Of a stretch of 27,451 nt of DNA, positions 22,401 through 27,451 are shown in pieces. A program made the position numbers and the translations under genes. Within the stretch, counting starts at the first letter, position 1, and the number at the start of each line of letters is the position of its first letter. Below the pieces are notes generated by a model that ran no database searches, was not told where the DNA came from, and worked only from the letters and a program-made list of their open reading frames with translations. The DNA is from a virus (lineage: Duplodnaviria; Caudoviricetes). Location: IMG/VR virus record IMGVR_UViG_3300005805_000374, positions 1-27,451 of that record; one strand, 5' to 3'.

Positions 22401-25147
22401 GCAAAAAAACTCCACATAAGATTACAGATCCTTCACCAGATCGTCGTTATGAAACTAAAGACGGAGTGTTAACAGATAAAGCAAGAGGAGAAATAGTAGA
22501 TACTTTTAAATTCAGTAGAAATGAATATTTTGAGTATCAGGGTAAAGTTTATAGAGTTACTGGATCCAAAATGACTAACACTAGAGCTATTTTACAAAAA
22601 GCCGACGGCGGAAAAGTGTCAGGCCCAGGAACTGGAACATCTGATTCTATTCCAGCATATCTTTCAAATGGAGAATATGTAATTCGTGCCTCATCTGTAA
22701 ATAAATACGGTAAAGAATTTTTTGATGGATTAAATGCACAGAAATTTAAAGAAGGCGGATCAATTGATAAATCTAATAGAAACGGAGCAGTTTATCCATA
22801 TAATAAAACAAGTATTATAGACGCAACTGGCTCAAAGCTTCCTATTAGAAAACCTGGATACAAGATTGAAGCTCCAAAAAGAGAAGATTTTAATAATGAA
22901 AAAGAATATTATGACGCTATAAGAAAATGGCAGATTGATTCTACATATGTAACTACTCCAGAAAAAGAATATGGTATAGATAAGATTACTTCTCCAATGG
23001 GATCACTCAGAAGATTTATGGAAATTGCAAGAAGTCAAATTGGTGCAGGACATAGCTATGATTTACAATCACCCGTAACTAAAGACAGACCTCTAAACGC
23101 TAATAAATATAGTATTTGGGCAAACGATATCTATAAACTTGGCTCAGATGTATTGCAATGGTGTGGTGCTTTTGTTGCATGGGTGGCAGCAAATTCTGGC
23201 GTTAAAGTTTCAGATAAAATGTTTAGTGCTTTTCAAGCAACAAAAGATTACAAAAAACAAGGACTGTTTAAAGATTCAGCAATGAAAGATCTTAAGATGG
23301 GAGATCTTGTATGGTTTGACAGCAGTAGCGAAGAATATAATCCAAAAGGAGTTCCCGATCATGCAGCAATAGTTTCTGCCGTAAGAAAAAACGAGATTAA
23401 CGCAATAGGATCTTTTGGCATAGGATCGGTTGACAACTATCCATTCCCTAAAAAAAATCTTTTTGGATCAGTAAGGCCCAATTTTACAAGTTTTGCTAAA
23501 GGCGGAATAGTCAAAGGATTTAAAGATGGCGGAGCCCCTCATGAAATGGGAATGCGTAATCAAGTTCCAGCTAAAAAATTAAATTGGTTCCAGAGATATG
23601 TAAATAATTTAACAGAGGTTCAAGATCAGGCTGCTAGCATGCTTGGAATAGGAGAGGCATTACCAGTAGGCTCATTACTTAGAAAGATTGCTGGACAAGG
23701 AAGAAAGGGTGATACTCTAAGCGCTGCATTACTACCACTTAACTTTACTGGATTAGGACTTGGCTCAAAAATTGGAGCGGTAGGAAAAGGAATATCTTCT
23801 GGAGCTTCTATAGCAAAAGTATTTGCAAAACAAGCGTATGGTAATGTTTTAAATAGAATGCCAGGAACAATTGGTTTAAGAACAAAATATCATGGAGGAC
23901 CATCTGAAATTCCAAGTGGTGGATTTACAAAACAAGATTTGCGTGGATGGAATTTCCCAGGAACATATTTAACAGACGACCCAATCACTGCAGCACAATA
24001 TGGAGCAACAGCATCTAAAAATTTAGGAAGGTATACTCCAGGCTCTACATATCAATTTGCAGTAAAACCAGGTGAAAAAGTTTCAATTCTGAATTTATCC
24101 AAAAAAGCTTCCTCAGATCTTAAATCTAATTTAATAAATGTTATAAATTCAACAGATGGAATAACCGACGAATCTAAAAATCTTGTAATAAATGCTATTA
24201 AAAATGCTAAAACAATGGATGAAGCAATATTGGCCGCCAGGTCAGTAAGGTTTGACGTCAACGACTTAAATAAATTTTCTGAAATGTCACAGTCTTTTAA
24301 GTCAAAAATTTTTGAAGTATCTGGAATAACAAACGAATCTATTGATTTAATTAAAAATTTTAGATCAAGATCAACTTTAGAGAGATTGGCAGAGTTAAGA
24401 AGATCTGTTAATGAAAAGCCAGGGCTAGGCGGCTTAAGTACAGAGGATGACTTAAATCAATGGATTATAACAAATATGTCTAAATTTGTTTCTAAGGAAA
24501 GCCCAACAAATATTGATAACTTATTTGGAGCAACCCCAAGGCTTCAGTCAGCGATTAATAGATATGGACTATTAGAAAATTCTGTTGGACCCTACATAGC
24601 ACAACAAAGTCTTGGAAATTGGACAACTTTTATAAAAGAAATTATTAAAAATAGAAGAAATCCAGGCTCAGTCCCAGCCAACGAATTGTCTGATTGGATT
24701 GATCATCTGCTTCCTAACCTTGGAAAATATGCCCAAAATAAAAACAGCTTTAGCATATTTAGTCGTTTGACTGGAAGTAAACATCCATACGATTATGGCT
24801 TTAGTGATACATTGATGGCACAAGGCGGATATGTAAATCCTTCCTATTCATCAAATATGTCAATGCCATCATATAAGACTGGCGTGAAATACCTTTATGA
24901 TGATACAATAGCACAGTTGCATAAAGGCGAAGCAGTAATTCCAGAGAATATGAATCCTTGGAATCCTAATTCAAATAGCTCAATAGGGGGAACAACATAT
25001 TATATCCAGCCAACTATTAATGCCGCTCCTGGAATGGATGAAAATGCTTTAGCCAATTTAACAGCACAAAAAGTTCATAATATATTTAAAGAAAAAGAAG
25101 TAAAGGCTGGAAGAAATAGAGTGTACTCTGGAGGAGGAACAATATAA
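16478..25147 (+). CDS. Tape measure protein (2889 aa) with embedded CHAP-like and ADP-ribosyltransferase-like domains
   Basis: TP901-type core (NAVENQTSTTLNDLVTAIPKAGPV), hydrophobic segments, long coiled coils, position after the chaperones. QWCGAFVAWV...DHAAIV (CHAP-like) and YHGG...GTYLTDD...AAQY (ART-like). Confidence 0.93.
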   Translation: MADEKIVTSIVANSDFSNLIADVQRVTASLSRLQQEFAGSNRSLAGQIDATNAMFSETMRKTGQFSTHFVSLTSDVEKFGRNLDSGRLKLRDYFRVYQDHTRTTGGLIRDLAKQQVQLQNAVLQPLGRNAQGLMQYNVHIPRGLDLTKNKTSILKQELQIMNKVIQDGGVQLINWGKNTQWAGRQLTVGLTLPLVAFGKAAADAFKVADQELTRLTKVYGDIAGTSAQELGQIRKEVSATAKELSAAMGVNFTETIGLAADIAATGKTGNELLSSVSETTRLAVLGEVDRQEAMKATLAIQSAFKQNTEELAETINFLNAVENQTSTTLNDLVTAIPKAGPVIKGLGGSVQDLALYLTAMREGGINATEGANALKSALASLINPTDVAVKRFQGFGIDLLGIVQKNAGSTTDTLFALQAALDNLNPLQKQQAIEQLFGKFQYSRLNALFENLGKQGSQTLQVLDLMKASAGELEAVAGRELAAVTESAAGRYKRAVETLKAELAGVGDQFLNIGTKLVNVLSKIIEFAQKLPDPIKKIMAFGGAFTAIIGPIIMLTGVLANFFGYIIKGLGHFKALFKGAEGFKLLTPEIMAAKAAGSQLANEFYSDALAADTLRIAIEKLNNDLVLLQKNALGISKPGSTTGQLISTIAGTPLMAVGGGARVTDPNHPLVGTQSRASAHLNPRDPNNPSSIFGLTLQPIPLNRKIGRTPQVMMTEALPNIEGVTSHQGYSTGVVAGEHARYAALMATLGVQSRQEIEALKKTIALGGQVSSEFIATFDDILPITQRLTQNAATQSASIVAQLRAGQLSAEQARAAIIAVNADLERMMGSEISLYAASRGRTIDLSKAPLINQPVVDASGKPNTRGMFRQGIFSDVMSAVGRATGTRTFGGPYSIETTTPSGLIIPRRNAGGPIFYNNGDQVPGPNINADVVPAMLTPGEFVIRRDVAQQDPNGMRALNEGRAMIIPTFNRGGKIPGIQYRNTGNGIHRSPIRLQRTHITDDLSGLALLLPDWVNQGINSRNNGLTGAAIASGIKQVLDEGNVSNRYRPNDLLVEATRTLGGDVGQAQRRSNVALQQLINTLESEEYRSRTIGGRSNPFGFERLARDIYRPALRGIRVDPSRTGGSTRNLFSALSQIFTNRAQGRMTEDEAISRGLTSGEKTGSRSLGQIVTRKDGRKAWVRAETTIGSSMPLWARRTNLSSLLTTARGMSSALSVIKRNRGGSVPGYVRGGGIVRSGRIAYGDNFDYRRTPFGMGFTGIPQAQGIQPISTPPKQIGMLAGSLISMGGFYGGSALGSRFGQTGSMVGGLLGSMLLPSLMGGMGGMRGQTDPAIYAEKLNKSMLANKAWAQSAAMSAQQGSKWGRILTGLIGGITKTNLIIGAGVVAVTAGYKAWQNYNETQRLSAAAFGMTADSAQKAGLKFTDYGKKIKDAIAAQKLLIDQNMMTYESLQSAGTPFKMTIEEYKKLRKELKETMAEQIKVINATSRPDAARVAVQLKEQLMAAGESAEEAAKKVYTLFNLSNKSGMSAGVLNTEAFKKITDAQSAAVSAVGSFNYAKAFENSRDAAAALNTALMAINNGIDDLVSKTEKAAKKKGQDFNETAARYEAEKKQLDSIASKVKNQEEIGKGVLDQLKKQNPEVEKFVTAQDTAVSVFQKLRLVARGFTGDLLDMNAQQVDAIYKLQIATAQAVETVNKEGLLAKEYEAYNKLKKQRDDLAKATKGQSVQEQIDIRERLKALDKEIKRINDKAEAKKKALREEAQAEDMALRIQQQQLEYEKAVASGDFGGAASAQLELKQLLNEQQVILTEQQIEERRLKDVRPLEREREKIQEAQEKLGDKAALAAESLDSVNKRLEKQKEKIDNVNTAMTSLQVALKLNANNIEEFKTTKEFKGLAADLVDAVREAGIVTPNTNLPDVRNGQLVDNIGQQALDLLSKYGSGIDTIVADQGLTVNATGDIVVNGKSVSTSTDTVGGKKTPHKITDPSPDRRYETKDGVLTDKARGEIVDTFKFSRNEYFEYQGKVYRVTGSKMTNTRAILQKADGGKVSGPGTGTSDSIPAYLSNGEYVIRASSVNKYGKEFFDGLNAQKFKEGGSIDKSNRNGAVYPYNKTSIIDATGSKLPIRKPGYKIEAPKREDFNNEKEYYDAIRKWQIDSTYVTTPEKEYGIDKITSPMGSLRRFMEIARSQIGAGHSYDLQSPVTKDRPLNANKYSIWANDIYKLGSDVLQWCGAFVAWVAANSGVKVSDKMFSAFQATKDYKKQGLFKDSAMKDLKMGDLVWFDSSSEEYNPKGVPDHAAIVSAVRKNEINAIGSFGIGSVDNYPFPKKNLFGSVRPNFTSFAKGGIVKGFKDGGAPHEMGMRNQVPAKKLNWFQRYVNNLTEVQDQAASMLGIGEALPVGSLLRKIAGQGRKGDTLSAALLPLNFTGLGLGSKIGAVGKGISSGASIAKVFAKQAYGNVLNRMPGTIGLRTKYHGGPSEIPSGGFTKQDLRGWNFPGTYLTDDPITAAQYGATASKNLGRYTPGSTYQFAVKPGEKVSILNLSKKASSDLKSNLINVINSTDGITDESKNLVINAIKNAKTMDEAILAARSVRFDVNDLNKFSEMSQSFKSKIFEVSGITNESIDLIKNFRSRSTLERLAELRRSVNEKPGLGGLSTEDDLNQWIITNMSKFVSKESPTNIDNLFGATPRLQSAINRYGLLENSVGPYIAQQSLGNWTTFIKEIIKNRRNPGSVPANELSDWIDHLLPNLGKYAQNKNSFSIFSRLTGSKHPYDYGFSDTLMAQGGYVNPSYSSNMSMPSYKTGVKYLYDDTIAQLHKGEAVIPENMNPWNPNSNSSIGGTTYYIQPTINAAPGMDENALANLTAQKVHNIFKEKEVKAGRNRVYSGGGTI

Positions 25148-25596
25148 TGGCATCATCAACAACATATTTGCCTAGAGGAGTCTTGCTTCAAATAGAAACT
25201 CAGACCACCCCCACTTCAGTATTCACATCTATTACAGAGCACAATAGAGCGCCTATAGAGGTATCAACAAATAGATTTGAGCAAACAGTAAGAATGGCAA
25301 ATGGAACACTAAGAAAATTTTTTGTAGCAGATAAAAAACAGTTCTCTATATCTTGGAGAACCCTTCCAGCGACAACTTCATATACTACTGATGGATATTG
25401 GGGAGCAAAGAATCTAATTGATTTTTATGATAGCTCCGCAGGACAAGGAACATTTAGAATTAAATTAAACTATGCCCAAGAAGGATCTGAGTCATTTACT
25501 ACATATACTGTAAATTGCACATCCTTTAGCTCAACACTAGTAAAACGTGGTGTTGTAGCACATTGGGATATTTCTATGACATTGGAAGAAGTATAA
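25147..25596 (+). CDS. Distal tail (Dit-like) minor tail protein
   Basis: 149 aa right after the TMP (TAATG coupling). RMANGTLRKFFVADK.F.ISW and a terminal WDISMTLEEV. Confidence 0.65.
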   Translation: MASSTTYLPRGVLLQIETQTTPTSVFTSITEHNRAPIEVSTNRFEQTVRMANGTLRKFFVADKKQFSISWRTLPATTSYTTDGYWGAKNLIDFYDSSAGQGTFRIKLNYAQEGSESFTTYTVNCTSFSSTLVKRGVVAHWDISMTLEEV

Positions 25597-27451
25597 TGAT
25601 ATCGGCAAGTGAAAACTTACAAAGAGTTTTATATGAAACCTCTTCCATAAATATAGGCACCGCCTGCACAATAGAATACAATATGAATAATCTACTAGAT
25701 AATATTGTAGTGACTTATGCAAGTTCATTAGAATCTCAATATGCCACGACTCCAGATGGAAGAATAAATGTATTTAAAAAACTGTTCCCAATTGATTCAA
25801 TAGTTAAACCGTTTAGGCCAACAAATTCTGGAGTTAAATATTATATAATGCTTCAGCAAGATTTTGAAGCTAACCCGCCAGCAGATTATAAAATTTTAGG
25901 ATATCCAAAAGATACAAAGCCAAGAATGTATTATCCAGCCACAACAAATTATTATAAGTATTGGGTTACTCCTGAAAATGGCGAAGTTGATTTGACTGTA
26001 AAATATATACAAAGCTCTGCTACAATTGCATCGGCTTATAGTAGTGGGCCAGATGCTGACTCTTATCCAAACAGAGCAATATTTACAACTACCGCTCCAC
26101 ATGGATTTAGGGCGGGACAACAAGTTGTTATAAGTGGAGGCACATCAACAGCATTAAGATTTGGCGGAGCTCAACAAACAATAGCAACAATAGTATCCCC
26201 AACACAATTTATGATAGAGACTAACATCGCAACTACTACATCTACAGGAGGAACTGCAACCTTATCATCTGCAACAAAGCCAGCATTGGCCAATAAGATA
26301 TCAGTAAGATTTGAAAAATATCACAAAGTTCCAACAACATGCAGTTTAGAAATAACATATTCAGACAATACAGTTGCAACAGGCACAACTGGAATTTCTG
26401 TTCCATCCAGCGGAAATTTAAATTTATATTGGAATGGAACTACTTGGTCTACCTCAATGCCTTACACAACCTCACAGCCTATAAGTTGGCCAGCTCCAAA
26501 AGAAATTAAATCAATAAGACTATATGGAACTGGGTCGGCAGGAACAGGAAGAATATTCGGAATAATAGAAGTATCAGCAAGATGGGTAAAAAATATTAGC
26601 CAAGATGTAGTATCATTTGATATTAAAAAAGAGTCAACAGCCACTCCAGATTCCTTATTGCCAGTAGGAACAATAACAGCAAATAATTTAAATTTAAATA
26701 TAGCTAGATTTGATGAAACTTTAACATACTCTGGCGGCAATTTACAAACAAGAAAAATAAAAATACTTCCGTATAATCGTGATGATAATTGGAAAGCAGA
26801 ACCAAACGATTTAATATATTTGTATAAAGATGTTGAGATAACACCATACTTTACAATATATCATAGTAATGGAGCGGTTACTGATGGGTCTTTAAAGTAT
26901 GACAGAATACCTCAAGGAGTTTATTATTTAGATACATTTGACATATCTACATATGGCGAGGCATCAATTACTTCATTGGATGGAGCAAAATATTTAATGC
27001 AAACTATTCCAATTAATTTATATCTTGAAGATTTTTCTGCAACATCAATTATAATGACTCTTCTTGATACAATAGGATTTACTAATTATAATTTTAATTT
27101 ATTATCAAGTGATACTTCTGTTCCATCTATGAGTAAATGGTGGACAAATAACGAAAAAACAACATGGGAACATTTGCAGGATCTTTGCAGAGATATTCAG
27201 ATGAATGCATATTTTGATGAAAATAATATTTTACAATTTTCAAGCAGAGATTATATGTATAGCAAGTCATCCGCAGACTGGTCTTTCTATGAATCAGCTA
27301 CTTCCGTTGGCGGCAGAACAAGACTTCCCAGCATTATAGATTTTAATAAACAAGAGATAGCCTCAGCAAATCAAGTAAAAATTATTTGGAGAACTCCTTT
27401 GGCTTCTTTATATGAGTCAGACGGAACAGCAGAAGGCTTATGGTCATCAGA
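25596..27451 (+). CDS. Large minor tail/baseplate hub protein, truncated by the window end (>=618 aa; absent from the supplied ORF track)
   Basis: ATG at 25596 overlaps the previous TAA. Frame reads MISASENLQRVLYETSS... with no stop seen to the end. Hub-like segment TTWEHLQDLCRDIQMNAYFDENNILQF. Confidence 0.8.
   Translation, partial: MISASENLQRVLYETSSINIGTACTIEYNMNNLLDNIVVTYASSLESQYATTPDGRINVFKKLFPIDSIVKPFRPTNSGVKYYIMLQQDFEANPPADYKILGYPKDTKPRMYYPATTNYYKYWVTPENGEVDLTVKYIQSSATIASAYSSGPDADSYPNRAIFTTTAPHGFRAGQQVVISGGTSTALRFGGAQQTIATIVSPTQFMIETNIATTTSTGGTATLSSATKPALANKISVRFEKYHKVPTTCSLEITYSDNTVATGTTGISVPSSGNLNLYWNGTTWSTSMPYTTSQPISWPAPKEIKSIRLYGTGSAGTGRIFGIIEVSARWVKNISQDVVSFDIKKESTATPDSLLPVGTITANNLNLNIARFDETLTYSGGNLQTRKIKILPYNRDDNWKAEPNDLIYLYKDVEITPYFTIYHSNGAVTDGSLKYDRIPQGVYYLDTFDISTYGEASITSLDGAKYLMQTIPINLYLEDFSATSIIMTLLDTIGFTNYNFNLLSSDTSVPSMSKWWTNNEKTTWEHLQDLCRDIQMNAYFDENNILQFSSRDYMYSKSSADWSFYESATSVGGRTRLPSIIDFNKQEIASANQVKIIWRTPLASLYESDGTAEGLWSS

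Noticed and set aside
16509-26740. Short alternative-frame and antisense ORFs inside the TMP and tail genes
   Set aside because: All overlap long, well-supported + strand genes and have shadow-like composition with no motifs.

Overview
This window holds the virion morphogenesis region of a large, AT-rich tailed dsDNA phage with a siphovirus-type tail module; every intact gene is on the + strand. Gene order: GT2/TPR glycosyltransferase, Thr-rich collagen-like fibre with a cupredoxin-like insert, Ser/Thr-rich Ig/FN3 fibre, two small helical proteins, LamG protein, hypothetical, portal, prohead protease with a nested scaffold, HK97-fold major capsid, free-standing HNH-type endonuclease, Rho-N/HeH protein, head-tail joining genes, major tail protein, tail assembly chaperones joined by a clear -1 frameshift, a 2889-aa tape measure protein (TMP), a Dit-like protein, and a large minor tail protein that runs off the end. 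The most striking feature is the TMP. It reads like a polyprotein in which nine [FYMRK]-x-x-G-G motifs, all encoded by GGC-GGN, bracket discrete cargo segments: an Arg-rich unknown domain, a CHAP-like peptidoglycan hydrolase and an ADP-ribosyltransferase-like domain. Other notable points are a candidate fibre-glycosylation pair, a blue-copper ligand set in a fibre protein, four apparently leaderless promoters (suggesting an actinobacterial host; inference), twin TTGCCT-N17-TAAAAT promoters set in hairpins, and a T4-type prohead protease fragment on the - strand at the left edge (possible chimera). All family calls come from motif recognition by eye; no searches were run.
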